Source: Gemmatimonadota bacterium (GTDB lineage: Bacteria > Gemmatimonadota > Gemmatimonadetes > Gemmatimonadales > GWC2-71-9). From it: a DNA stretch of 64,000 nt. Both the position numbers and the translations under genes were made by a program. The notes under the pieces are model-generated. The model worked only from the letters and a program-made list of their open reading frames with translations, had not been told where the DNA came from and made no database searches. The stretch covers positions 103,450-167,449 of the forward strand of contig JBBIUN010000005.1 in NCBI GenBank assembly GCA_037440225.1. Direction: 5' to 3'. Shown here one piece after another: positions 1 through 9,007 of the stretch. Position 1 is the first letter of the stretch, and the number at the start of each line of letters is the position of its first letter.

Positions 1-629
1 ATGGGCCTGAGCCGGGCGGCCCAGCCGCTCAGCTCCTTCCCAGAATACTCGTAGCGATAAAGCTGCGGCCCCAAACCGTGAAAGCGGACGTACAAGAAAT
101 CGGCGGTCGCTACAATGTCGCCGGGCAGTCGAGGATGACTCACCGCCACAAAAGCTGCCCGATGGCGCGCCAGCAGAGCCGCTACGTCGTCGTCCCACCA
201 ACTCGGATGCCGGAATTCCACCGCGTGCCGCAGCCCCCGCGGGAGCATGCCCAAGAATCCCTCTAGTCGCTTAAGGTCCCGGGCGAGCCCCGGCGGCAGT
301 TGCCACAGGATGACCTCGAGCGTCCGGAGCGCCCTGACCCGCTCGAGAAACCGCGCCAGTTCCACTTCGCAATCCACCAGCTTCTTGAGGTGGGTCACCA
401 CCCGAGGCCCTTTCACCACCAAGTGGAAGCCACGCGGGAGCCGCCGGTTCCAGCCGGTAATCATCCCCGCGAACGGCAGCCGGTAAAAGGTCGCGTTCAC
501 CTCCACCGTGTCGAACTGCCGGGCGTAATAGGCCAGCCGCTCGCTGGCCGCGATCCCAGGCGGGTAGAAAGCGCCGTCCCAATCGGCGTAACTCCAGCCC
601 GACGTGCCGACATGCACGCGTCTTGCCAT
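1..629 (-). CDS. DUF72 (YecE-like) protein, 3' end truncated by window edge
   Basis: Manual translation from ATG at 629: MARRVHVGTSGWSYADWDGAFYP...YYARQFDTVEVNATFYRLP...LWQLPP...HAVEFRHPSW...LYVRFHG, which are DUF72 motifs. Not in the ORF track because it runs off the window. Confidence 0.9.
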   Translation of the reverse strand, partial: MARRVHVGTSGWSYADWDGAFYPPGIAASERLAYYARQFDTVEVNATFYRLPFAGMITGWNRRLPRGFHLVVKGPRVVTHLKKLVDCEVELARFLERVRALRTLEVILWQLPPGLARDLKRLEGFLGMLPRGLRHAVEFRHPSWWDDDVAALLARHRAAFVAVSHPRLPGDIVATADFLYVRFHGLGPQLYRYEYSGKELSGWAARLRP

Positions 630-895
630 CTGCCACCGGCGCCGTGATCCCGTGCGCCCAGCCTAAAGATGCCCCGCCTGCCACGGGGCAACCAGACCGG
701 GCCTCGGCACCGGACGCGCACCTTGGGCGCACGACGGGCGCCCGAAGCCCGTCCAGTTCTCCGGCTGTCCCCCGTCTTTCTTCCTTATTCCTCCTAATGC
801 TCCCCTCTACACCCCGCGCGAAGCGACCGGGGCCGCGGTAGATTGGTGCCGGTGCCTCTGGTGCCCCGGCAGCGGACCTCGATCCCGCACCCAGC

Positions 896-1810
896 ATGAC
901 CCAACCCACAACCGTCGTCATAGATACGGACCCCGGCATTGACGACGCCGTGGCGCTGGCCTTGGCGGCCCGCTCCCCTGAGCTTCGGGTCGCCGCGGTG
1001 ACCACCACGTACGGCAACGCTCCCCTCCCCGCCACGACCCGCAACGCCAGAACCGTCCTCGATCTCGCCGGCCGACCCGACATCCCGGTCTGGCCGGGAG
1101 CCGCACGGCCTCTCGGCAGGAAGCCGGCCTACGGGGCAACCCTGCACGGACCGAGCGGCATAGGCTACGCGCCCGTCGGACCTGCACCCGCCACCTCACC
1201 CGACCCCGCCGCCTTGCTCGAAGCCCTCCGCGCAGCGAGCAGGCCGTGCGCCCTTCTCACCTTGGGGCCCCTCACCAACCTGGCCCTGGCCCTCGAGCGC
1301 GACCAAGACGCCGTCCGGCGAACCGTGACCCGGCATCTGGCCATGCTGGGCAATTTCGGTCCCGCCGCCTCGCCCGATCGCGTGGCGGACTTCAACGCCT
1401 GGGCCGACCCGGAAGCCGCCCAGCGCGTCCTGAGTGCCGCGCTCCCCACCCACCTCGTACCGCTCGACGTGACTCGCCAGTGGGTGTTCTCCCCCGTCCA
1501 ACTGCGGGCCCTGCGCCGGCAGGGGGATGCGCTGTCGCGCTGGCTCGGGCTGGCGCTCCAGTTTTCGGTCGAGGCCCACCGGCGCGTTCGCGGCATCGCA
1601 GGCTGCATGCTCCACGACAGTGTGGTGATGGGGGAGATCCTTTCGCCCGGAATCCTCTGGTTCCGCCAGCGCGCCGTGGCCCTGGACCTTGACGAAGGAG
1701 CCCACCGCGGGCATACAAGGGAGCGGCCGGATGGCCGCCCGATTCCGGTGGCCGTCAGCGTGGACCTCGAGCGGCTGGCTGCCCTGCTCCAACGGCTGCT
1801 GCCGGTCTAG
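896..1810 (+). CDS. Nucleoside hydrolase (IU-NH/Rih family)
   Basis: N-terminal DTDPGIDDA Ca-binding motif, LGPLTNLA, FNAWADPEAA and a late HD. Confidence 0.93.
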   Translation: MTQPTTVVIDTDPGIDDAVALALAARSPELRVAAVTTTYGNAPLPATTRNARTVLDLAGRPDIPVWPGAARPLGRKPAYGATLHGPSGIGYAPVGPAPATSPDPAALLEALRAASRPCALLTLGPLTNLALALERDQDAVRRTVTRHLAMLGNFGPAASPDRVADFNAWADPEAAQRVLSAALPTHLVPLDVTRQWVFSPVQLRALRRQGDALSRWLGLALQFSVEAHRRVRGIAGCMLHDSVVMGEILSPGILWFRQRAVALDLDEGAHRGHTRERPDGRPIPVAVSVDLERLAALLQRLLPV

Positions 1811-1882
1811 GAGTGCTGCCGGCCGCCTCGAGGCCAGGTCACTAAGAGCGGTGCCGGACTACCGAGTGTCAGGGAGACTACC

Positions 1883-2833
1883 ATGCCCGTAGGACAAGTG
1901 CGCGTCGCCGTCGTCGGGACCGGAGAGATCGGCAGAGGTTGGGCCTCCCTCTGCGTGGCCGCCGGCTGGCCGGTCGCGGTCTTCGACAGCCAAGCCGAGG
2001 CTCTCGAGGCCGCTCCCGCCGAGATCGCCGGCCGCGCCCGGGCTCTGGTGGCGCTCGACCGCGCCGAAGAGGCCGGTGCGGAAGCCGGTGTCGCGAGCCT
2101 CACAGTGGGCCGCAGCCTGCTCCAGGCGTGCAGCGAGGCCCAATGGATCATCGAATCCATCGGCGAAGACCTGGTGGCCAAACAAAAGCTGCTGGAAGCC
2201 TTCGAGTCTGTCGCGCCTCGGGCCCGAGCCGTTACCAGCTCGACCGGGACCTTCTCGACCGCCGACCTGGTAGCGCGCTGCCGCCGCCCCGACCGCGTGC
2301 TCGTCGCCCACCCCATGAGACCGGTCGAACTCATGTCTTTGGTCGAGCTGGTACCCGGTCCCCAGACCGACCCTGCTCTCCTGGAAGTCGTCAAAGGCTG
2401 GCTCCGCGCCCTGAACCGCATCCCCGTCACCATTCGCAAGCCGATCTACGGCAGCGTGGCCGGGCGCATGGCCGCGGCCGTCTGGCGCGAGGCCATTGAC
2501 TTGGCGCTGAAAGGCGTCATGGACGTGGACGACCTGGACCGCGCCGTTTCCGTGGGACCAGCCCTCGGCTGGGCCGCCGCCGGCCCCCACTTGACCCACC
2601 TCCTAGCCGCCGGCGAGCGGAACGTGGCGGCGTACCTCCAAGTGCTCCTGCACACCCACGAGAGCTACTGGGCCGACCTCGCTTCCTGGGCCAAGCTGGA
2701 GCCGGAGGACCAGCACCGGTTGATTCACGCGATCGAGCAGGCCTACCAGGGGCAGGTCGAGCAGATCCGCCAGGCGCGGAACCGGAGGCTGGCGGCCATG
2801 CTGCGAGCGTTGGAAGAGGCGAGAACGACCTAG
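1883..2833 (+). CDS. 3-hydroxyacyl-CoA dehydrogenase family protein (lambda-crystallin/carnitine dehydrogenase-like)
   Basis: VAVVGTGEIG Rossmann motif, ESIGEDLVAK, SSTG, AHPMRP, GPALGWAAAGP. Confidence 0.88.
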   Translation: MPVGQVRVAVVGTGEIGRGWASLCVAAGWPVAVFDSQAEALEAAPAEIAGRARALVALDRAEEAGAEAGVASLTVGRSLLQACSEAQWIIESIGEDLVAKQKLLEAFESVAPRARAVTSSTGTFSTADLVARCRRPDRVLVAHPMRPVELMSLVELVPGPQTDPALLEVVKGWLRALNRIPVTIRKPIYGSVAGRMAAAVWREAIDLALKGVMDVDDLDRAVSVGPALGWAAAGPHLTHLLAAGERNVAAYLQVLLHTHESYWADLASWAKLEPEDQHRLIHAIEQAYQGQVEQIRQARNRRLAAMLRALEEARTT

Positions 2834-2850
2834 CCTCCCCACCGGCTCCG

Positions 2851-3654
2851 TCAGCGCGGCAGCCGCAGCACCAGGCCGGCACCGAGGGTCCACGTAACCC
2901 CCGCCCCCCCGCCGACGCCGCGCCCACCGCTAACGTCGAACTGCAAGTTGTCCCGCACCAGCCATGTTACACCGCCGTCCACAGCGTGCGCGGACGCGCC
3001 ACCCGGCACCGGGACGGTTCCGAACGTCTCGGCGAACATCCCGATTCGGCCCGACAGGGCCACAGCCAACGACAACGTATACGTGAGATGCGCCCCAACA
3101 GCGCGGCCGCTACCCCCGCCGGCGCGGGCGGTCCAGGTCGAACCGAGATTGGATCCGACCGACAGGCGATCTCCAAACGCCGCACTGAGGGCCAGGAGGA
3201 CCGACGGGTCCACGCCGCCGCTCGTCACAGCATCCGAGCCGGTGGGTACGGACACCCCGCCTATCAGCGCAGCGCCCGGCCTCCCTCGGGCCGCTGCCAC
3301 GAGGCGGTACTTGAATCCCAGCTCCGCGTCGCCCAGCCCGCTGCGTTGGGCGGCCGCAGCGCCGCTGGCCAACTGCAACCCGGGCAAGCCCAGACGCGCC
3401 TCCAGGGCGTGGGTCACGCCCACCCTGGCGAGCAAGCCGGGCAGGGTGTGCGTGCGTACCCAGATCCCACCGTGCTCCGCCGCCTCGAACGACCAACCGG
3501 CCTCGATCTGGACGAAGCCTAAAGGTACGATGCTCGTGGATTCCGTCTCGTCCGGCCGATCCGCGGTCAGCGGGCCCGGGCGCAGCGTATCAGCCTGCGC
3601 CCAAAGTAGCCGGGGAGCGGCCGCGCACAGCACCCGGGCGAAGAGGAAGAGCAT
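2851..3654 (-). CDS. Outer-membrane beta-barrel 'transporter' protein (Phenol_MetA_deg-like)
   Basis: Signal peptide, ADRPDETES, GFVQIEAG, GLGDAELGFKY, alternating beta strands, LQFDVSGG. Confidence 0.75.
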   Translation of the reverse strand: MLFLFARVLCAAAPRLLWAQADTLRPGPLTADRPDETESTSIVPLGFVQIEAGWSFEAAEHGGIWVRTHTLPGLLARVGVTHALEARLGLPGLQLASGAAAAQRSGLGDAELGFKYRLVAAARGRPGAALIGGVSVPTGSDAVTSGGVDPSVLLALSAAFGDRLSVGSNLGSTWTARAGGGSGRAVGAHLTYTLSLAVALSGRIGMFAETFGTVPVPGGASAHAVDGGVTWLVRDNLQFDVSGGRGVGGGAGVTWTLGAGLVLRLPR

Positions 3655-3676
3655 AGCCCTGCGTCGCCTAACTCTC

Positions 3677-4840
3677 TCAGGCTGCCACCAGTAGCCCCGT
3701 CCCGTACATCGCCAGCATCCCCGCCACGAGTCCGCCGGCCGTGTAGGGAGTCCAAATGCTGCCGTCCAGCTCGCGGGTCACGACCTGGTAGAGCGCCACG
3801 ATCACCTGGGCGATCGCGCCCGCCCCCACGCCCAGGAATAGCGTGGCGTACAAGGGAGAGTACGCGAAGCCGCCGATCCAGGCGCCGAGCACGGTGGGTC
3901 CCCCGGCGAGCGCGCCCAGGGCGGCCAGGGTCTTGAGCCGCGGGGCATCGCGCGCAATCGGCGCCACGATCCCCAGCCCCTCCGTCGTGTTGTGCAACAT
4001 GAACCCGATGATCAGCAGCGCGCTCAGCGCCGCTTGGCCCAGCCCGTAGGCCGCCCCGATCGCCAGCCCCTCGCCCAGGTTGTGCAGCCCGATGCCCAGC
4101 GCGACAAGGTAGGCCACCGCGCGGCGCTCTGGCTCTCCACCGGCGCTCGTCTTGGCACGCGAGGCGAGCTGGAGCAGGAACAGCGTGCCCACCGCAGCCA
4201 CCACCACGAGCAGCGTTCCCTGGAACGCTCCCGCCAGGGCTTCCGCCACCTCGAACCCCTCGTGCAGCGCCTCGGCGCCGAGGAAGAGGAGCAGGCCCGC
4301 GGTCAGAGCCAGCGCGAAGTGCATCCAGCGCCGCCCCAGATCCCTGAGGAACGGCAGCCACAAGAGGCCCAGCGCGACCGGGATCACGCCCACGGCGAGT
4401 CCGATGGCCGTGAACGCGCCGACAAAGCGCCACCCGGGACTCGGCGTCTCAGTCGCGATGGCGATTTCGTGCGTGAACGTGAGGCCGGTCGAACTCAACA
4501 GCGTGATCTCGTGGGGCTCCCCGAAGACCCACGGGTAGGGGATTTCGACGGTCGCGTGACCCAGCCGCCCCAGCGTGGGGTCCGGCCGGATGGTGAACTC
4601 CCAAAACGCCCGGTCAATCATGACCTGCGCCACCGTCACCGGCTCGGGCCCGCCGTTGACCACCTCCACCCGCAGGAGATTGGGCGCCAGCGACACGCGC
4701 TCGAACGTCAACTGTTCGACGGGCGGCACCCCCCGCCTGAGGAACTCGATGAGCGGCCCGCGCGCCACCACGAGCGACAGCGCCGCCAGCAGCGCCACGG
4801 GGAGCAGGCCCCAGAACCACAACCGGCCGGTCCGCGTCAT
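3677..4840 (-). CDS. ZIP-family divalent metal transporter with extra N-terminal extracytoplasmic domain
   Basis: ATG at 4840 overlaps the oxidase TGA. ZIP motifs GIGLHNLGEGLAIG and LHNTTEG; multiple TM helices. Confidence 0.88.
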   Translation of the reverse strand: MTRTGRLWFWGLLPVALLAALSLVVARGPLIEFLRRGVPPVEQLTFERVSLAPNLLRVEVVNGGPEPVTVAQVMIDRAFWEFTIRPDPTLGRLGHATVEIPYPWVFGEPHEITLLSSTGLTFTHEIAIATETPSPGWRFVGAFTAIGLAVGVIPVALGLLWLPFLRDLGRRWMHFALALTAGLLLFLGAEALHEGFEVAEALAGAFQGTLLVVVAAVGTLFLLQLASRAKTSAGGEPERRAVAYLVALGIGLHNLGEGLAIGAAYGLGQAALSALLIIGFMLHNTTEGLGIVAPIARDAPRLKTLAALGALAGGPTVLGAWIGGFAYSPLYATLFLGVGAGAIAQVIVALYQVVTRELDGSIWTPYTAGGLVAGMLAMYGTGLLVAA

Positions 4841-5829
4841 CACGCCACCGCGTCCTGGACCTCGAAGATCCCCATCCACCCCAGCTCCGTGAACTCCGAC
4901 TGGTGGGCATGGAACATGTACCGGCCCGGCAGGTCGTAGGTGAACTCCAGAACGTGCCGCTCTCCTTGGCACATCATCAGCGTGTCCGTGAATTCGTGCG
5001 GTACCAGGGACGAACCCGTGCGATACACGCGGAAAAAGTTGCCGTGCAGGTGGATCGAGTTCACCAGGTCGAACTCCAGCGCGTTCACCAGGTAGACGCG
5101 CTGCAGCTCGCCCCGCCGGACGGGAATCGGGCGGTTCTGGTAGGCGAAGGGCACGGTGTTGACCGCATACGCCTCGTTCTCCCCGTCGAAGTTCGTGTCG
5201 AATCCATTCATGACCATCACCATCTCGCGGGCCGGCGGGCGGGGAGTCCGGGGATCCACGATGAACGCTCCATAGAGCCCCTTGGCGATGTGCTTCTTGA
5301 GCGGCACCGCATGACAGTGGTACAGATGGAGCCCGAACGGCTTCGCCTCGAACTCGTAGACGTAACTGGACCCCGGCGCCACGACCTCGAAAACGCCGTC
5401 CATGTTGGCCGGATGCACCCCGTGGAAGTGGATGGTGTGGGGATGGCTCCCCAGGTTCCGAAAGTGCACCCGCACTAGGTCTCCTTCGGTGGCCCGAAGC
5501 GTGGGACCCGGCACCTGGCCGTTGTACGTCCAAGCCGGAAACCAGACACCGGGCGCCACTTCGATCTCTCGATCCACGGCTGTCAGCTCATAGCTCCGCA
5601 CCAGCTGGCCCGACCGCAGCCGCTCCACCTCACCTTGGTCGAAGGTCTCCAGAAACCCCAGCGGATCGAATCCCCGATCCCGCACCTCCCCCAGCGTTCC
5701 TGCCATCTTCCGGTCATGGCCCAGCCCGAGCACCTGAGACTCGAGACCCTTGAGCCCACCCGCCGCGGCCAGCCCAGCAAGCCCCAGAGTGCCCTGCTTG
5801 AGAGCCGCACGCCGATCCAAAGCTTTCAT
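4840..5829 (-). CDS. Tat-exported two-domain multicopper oxidase (T1 site in domain 1)
   Basis: MKALDRRAALK Tat motif. Domain 1 has HPHTIHFHG and YHCH-x6-H-x4-L; domain 2 has IHLHG and MFHAH. ATG 5829 overlaps the regulator stop. Confidence 0.9.
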   Translation of the reverse strand: MKALDRRAALKQGTLGLAGLAAAGGLKGLESQVLGLGHDRKMAGTLGEVRDRGFDPLGFLETFDQGEVERLRSGQLVRSYELTAVDREIEVAPGVWFPAWTYNGQVPGPTLRATEGDLVRVHFRNLGSHPHTIHFHGVHPANMDGVFEVVAPGSSYVYEFEAKPFGLHLYHCHAVPLKKHIAKGLYGAFIVDPRTPRPPAREMVMVMNGFDTNFDGENEAYAVNTVPFAYQNRPIPVRRGELQRVYLVNALEFDLVNSIHLHGNFFRVYRTGSSLVPHEFTDTLMMCQGERHVLEFTYDLPGRYMFHAHQSEFTELGWMGIFEVQDAVA

Positions 5830-6527
5830 CCGGCCTCCTTCGGTATGATCTCGCACCACAGCCCACCCGCCAGCTCGTGCCCGATCACCTGTTCCTTGAT
5901 GGGAGGCCCGAGCAGGCGGATCGTCACGGGCCCCCGAAACGGCTGCCGCAAGAGCACCTCGAACCGCACCCCCACCCTGAGGCCCAACGACGCCACGTAC
6001 CGCAGCAGCTCAGGGTCCCGGTCGCTCAAGCGGCGAAGCTCGGCCGTCTCGCCCGCCGGAACCTCGGACAGCGCCACCAGCTCGACCTCCTCCAACTCCC
6101 CCCCCGGGCTGGGGATCGGCGCCCCGTGAGGGTCGAATCGCGGGTTCCCCAAGGCCATCGCCATCCGCTCGACCAGCTCGTCCGAGACGGCATGCTCCAG
6201 ACGCTCCGCTTCGGGGTGGACCGAGTCCCAGTCATAGCCCAGCTTCGAGACCAAATACGTCTCCAGGATGCGGTGGCGGCGGAGCATCCGCAGGGCCGCG
6301 CGCCTGCCGCTCGCCGTAAGCTGCACCCCTCGGTACGGCACGTGCGCCAACAAGCCGGACGCCGACAGCCGCTTCAGCATGCCGCTCACCGAGGGGGGAG
6401 CCACTGCCAGCGCGTCCGCGATGGCCGTGGTCTGAGCCAGCCCGCCCAGGGCCTCGAGTTCGAAGATCGCCTTGAGGTAGTCCTCGCTGGAGCGCGTCAG
6501 ATCCGGCCGGCGCTCAGCACGAACCAT
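5826..6527 (-). CDS. DtxR/MntR-family metal-dependent repressor with C-terminal FeoA domain
   Basis: EDYLKAIFEL, HTH, LRRHRILETYL, EAERLEH, DPHGAPIP, then FeoA-like LLRYVASLGL. Confidence 0.93.
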   Translation of the reverse strand: MVRAERRPDLTRSSEDYLKAIFELEALGGLAQTTAIADALAVAPPSVSGMLKRLSASGLLAHVPYRGVQLTASGRRAALRMLRRHRILETYLVSKLGYDWDSVHPEAERLEHAVSDELVERMAMALGNPRFDPHGAPIPSPGGELEEVELVALSEVPAGETAELRRLSDRDPELLRYVASLGLRVGVRFEVLLRQPFRGPVTIRLLGPPIKEQVIGHELAGGLWCEIIPKEAG

Positions 6528-6581
6528 ACGCCGCAACCAAGCCGCGGTGCCTAGAATGTGCCAGCACGGTCAGCTCGCTGA

Positions 6582-6601
6582 TTAGGTGCGCCTAAATTAT
6601 A
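6582..6601 (-). promoter_or_regulatory. DtxR/MntR-type operator TTAGG-N4-CCTAA abutting a TATAAT -10 box
   Basis: TTAGGTGCGCCTAA at 6582-6595. ATTATA at 6596-6601 reads TATAAT on the minus strand, about 55 nt upstream of the regulator start. Confidence 0.78.
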
Positions 6602-6638
6602 ATTACTGGGGCGGCGAAATGCCAGATCGAACTTGAGG

Positions 6639-7211
6639 TCACTTCACTAACTCTGTGAACGGACGCAAGATGCGCTCTGTCATGCCCCAGACGACATGAA
6701 CTCCGACCCGGTAGCCAGGAAACGACTCGCGCCGGCTGGGGATGGTGATCTGGGTCCGGGTCCGGCCGCTGGCCAGCTCGTCCAAGGCAACCCACACGTG
6801 CTCGGCCACCTCCCCGCTGGGGCTCACCACCGGCTTCGCCCTCAAGCCGAAGACAAAGGGCCGGACCACTACCGGCGGAAGCGTCGGCGTACGCGGAGCG
6901 AGATCGTCCAGCTCCCCGAGAAGCTCCTCGCCTCCCACCCTGATGCCCACCTCCTCCCAGATCTCTCGGATCACGGTGGCCAACAAGTCGAAATCCGCCG
7001 GATCCCGGCGACCTCCCGGGAGCGCCATTTGCCCGGACCACGGATCTCCCGGATGCTCCGCCCGTCTGATGAGCAACAACTCGACGCGGCGGTCGGTGCC
7101 CGGGGCCAGCAGCAGCGCCACCGCTGCTTCGATGCAGCCGGCAGCACTCAGCCGCCGGGGCCGGTACCCGGCGAGCCTCTCATGCACCCGCTCCAGCGTG
7201 ATCGGGGTCAC
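6639..7211 (-). CDS. Nudix CoA pyrophosphatase (NudL/PCD1-like)
   Basis: AAVALLL, LLIRRAE, WSGQMALPGGR Nudix box with REIWEEVG, VVWGMTERIL. GTG start inferred. Confidence 0.88.
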   Translation of the reverse strand: MTPITLERVHERLAGYRPRRLSAAGCIEAAVALLLAPGTDRRVELLLIRRAEHPGDPWSGQMALPGGRRDPADFDLLATVIREIWEEVGIRVGGEELLGELDDLAPRTPTLPPVVVRPFVFGLRAKPVVSPSGEVAEHVWVALDELASGRTRTQITIPSRRESFPGYRVGVHVVWGMTERILRPFTELVK

Positions 7212-7240
7212 AAGATTTTGGGTCGTTCGACCAGCGAGGA

Positions 7241-7284
7241 TGTGAGCCCGCTCGCAACCGCCCCCTTGCATCGGGTGCTATTAT
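7241..7284 (+). promoter_or_regulatory. CRP/FNR-family-like site plus extended -10
   Basis: TGTGA-N6-TCGCA at 7241-7256 and TGcTATTAT at 7276-7284. The spacing puts the site at about -42. Confidence 0.45.
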
Positions 7285-7291
7285 TGATGGC

Positions 7292-7477
7292 GTGGAAGGA
7301 CGCCCTGCTCACCTGTACCAGGAGGTGGTTATCCGTACCTTGGGTGTCGGACTGCTCGCCATTGCTGCGCTGGCGGTGGCGGGGGTGTTGCTCGCGCGCC
7401 GGCGCCGGCCCGCGCCCGCCTTTGGCGCCCGCGGCCGGTCCCGCCAAGTGGACGATATCTACGCCGCGGGGTGGTAG
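7292..7477 (+). CDS. Small single-TM protein (start uncertain)
   Basis: Hydrophobic helix LGVGLLAIAALAVAGVLLA followed by RRRR. AGGAGG at about 7320 suggests the true start may be later. Confidence 0.5.
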   Translation: MEGRPAHLYQEVVIRTLGVGLLAIAALAVAGVLLARRRRPAPAFGARGRSRQVDDIYAAGW

Positions 7478-7602
7478 CAGGCTAGCGAGCGGCACGTGAG
7501 GCCGGAAGGCGGATGCTGCGGCACAGCGCGGCATCCGCCTTCCTCATTTCGGGACCGAGGGGTACATTCCCCCGCTGCGTCTTCCCAGGGAAGGGGGTCG
7601 CG

Positions 7603-8175
7603 ATGGGCCTTACCATACGACCGTCCAACCCCGCGCTCACGGCCGTCGGCCGCCTGCTCGCGGCCAGTCGGGAACAGCTGGTGGCCCGGTGGGCTCACTG
7701 GATCAGCGACCGGCTGGCCGAGGCTCCCCACATTCGGCGGCCCACGGTCGAGCGCCAGCTTGCCCTCCTCATTGATATCCTGATCGAGATGGCCGGGCCG
7801 CTGCGGCGTCAAGTGGCGCAGCTCTGGTTTGACGCCTGCGAGTTCTACGGGCAGGTGGCCGCGGCGCGGGGGCTCGCCGCAGGAGAAGTGGTCGAGGAAA
7901 TCCAGCATTTGCGGGAAATGCTGATCCGCGAGCTGTCCGAACTCATCGCGGCCCTGCCGGCCCGCCACTCCATGGCCACGGTGCTGCGGCTCAACCGGCA
8001 GGTGGACAAGGGGATTGCCCACGCCGTGGTGGGCTATACCGACGCCCTGGTGCAGAATCTTTTTTCCCAGCGCGGCACCCCCATCCCCGACCCCCTTCCC
8101 GCGGAGGACGACATCCTCTACCGCATCAGCCAGTTCGAGGCCGAACTCAAGCACCTCCAGGACAAGAGCCGCTAG
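7603..8175 (+). CDS. RsbRD N-terminal-like (globin-like sensor) protein
   Basis: REQLVARW...FYGQVAAARGLAAGEVVEEIQHLRE...LNRQVDKGIAHAVVGY helical pattern. Confidence 0.6.
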   Translation: MGLTIRPSNPALTAVGRLLAASREQLVARWAHWISDRLAEAPHIRRPTVERQLALLIDILIEMAGPLRRQVAQLWFDACEFYGQVAAARGLAAGEVVEEIQHLREMLIRELSELIAALPARHSMATVLRLNRQVDKGIAHAVVGYTDALVQNLFSQRGTPIPDPLPAEDDILYRISQFEAELKHLQDKSR

Positions 8176-8973
8176 CTACCCGCTGATCTCTTCGCCCCCG
8201 TCCACGTTGATCACGTTGCCCGTGATCCAGTCCGTTCCCGGATCGCACAAGGCTACGACCGCGCGGGCGACGTCGTCCGGCGTGGTCAAGCGGCGATGCG
8301 GATTGCGGCGCGCGGCCTGGTCGAACAGCCGGTCGCTCTCGGGAATCTTTTCGGCGGCCGGCGTGCGGGTCACTCCGCCCCGCAGGGCGTTGACCGTAAT
8401 CCCGTGGAGCGCCAGCTCCAGGGCCAGCTGACGGGTATGCGACTCCAGGGCGCACTTGGCCGCCGAGACCGCCCCGTAGCTGGGAATCACCCGGGTCGAG
8501 CCGGAGGAGGTCATGGAAAACACCCGCCCGCCCTCGCCCATGAGTCCCCGCCGCACCAAGTCTTGTACCCAGTACACCAGCGAGTGGGCCATGACGTCGA
8601 GCGTCATCTCGATGTTGGCCCGGGTGAGCGCATCGGAGCCGATATAGGGCTTGAGCGTGCCGAACGCCAGGGAGTGCATCAGCACTGCTACCGTTCCTCC
8701 CGTGGCCTGGATATCGGCCGCCAAGGCGTCCAGCACCTCCTGCCGCTTGGCATCGTCCGCCGCATTGACGTTGAAGAACCGTGCCCGGCGGCCGCGAGCC
8801 GTGATGTCCGAGATGATCTCCTCGACGTGCTTGAGGCCCGCCTTGCGATCCAGATGGACGCCCGCTATGTCGTAGCCGGCCTTGGCGAGGGCGCGTGCCG
8901 TGGCCTCGCCGAACCCGCTCGAGGCCCCTAGGATCAAGGCCCAGCGGGGCGTTGTCCGTTGCGCGTGTGCCAC
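8176..8973 (-). CDS. SDR oxidoreductase, enoyl-ACP reductase (FabL/FabI-like)
   Basis: LILGASSGFG, YGAVSAAK (Y-x6-K), ITGNVINVDGG. GTG start after GGAGG; alternative ATG at 8985. Confidence 0.85.
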   Translation of the reverse strand: MAHAQRTTPRWALILGASSGFGEATARALAKAGYDIAGVHLDRKAGLKHVEEIISDITARGRRARFFNVNAADDAKRQEVLDALAADIQATGGTVAVLMHSLAFGTLKPYIGSDALTRANIEMTLDVMAHSLVYWVQDLVRRGLMGEGGRVFSMTSSGSTRVIPSYGAVSAAKCALESHTRQLALELALHGITVNALRGGVTRTPAAEKIPESDRLFDQAARRNPHRRLTTPDDVARAVVALCDPGTDWITGNVINVDGGEEISG

Positions 8974-9007
8974 CACGACCTCCATTCGAAACGGCGGAAC
9001 TTAGCCC

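Noticed and set aside
733-814. Hairpin GACGGGC/GCCCGTC plus pyrimidine tract in the first intergenic region as ncRNA or riboswitch
   Set aside because: No recognisable aptamer consensus; short GC stems are expected at this GC content
4840-5829. Multicopper protein as nitrite reductase NirK
   Set aside because: Domain 2 has two HxH motifs typical of a trinuclear-cluster oxidase, and the context is metal homeostasis
6548-6564. Sigma54-like CTGGCAC-N5-AGGC upstream of the DtxR gene
   Set aside because: Poor -12 element; a perfect TATAAT with an adjacent operator explains the promoter better
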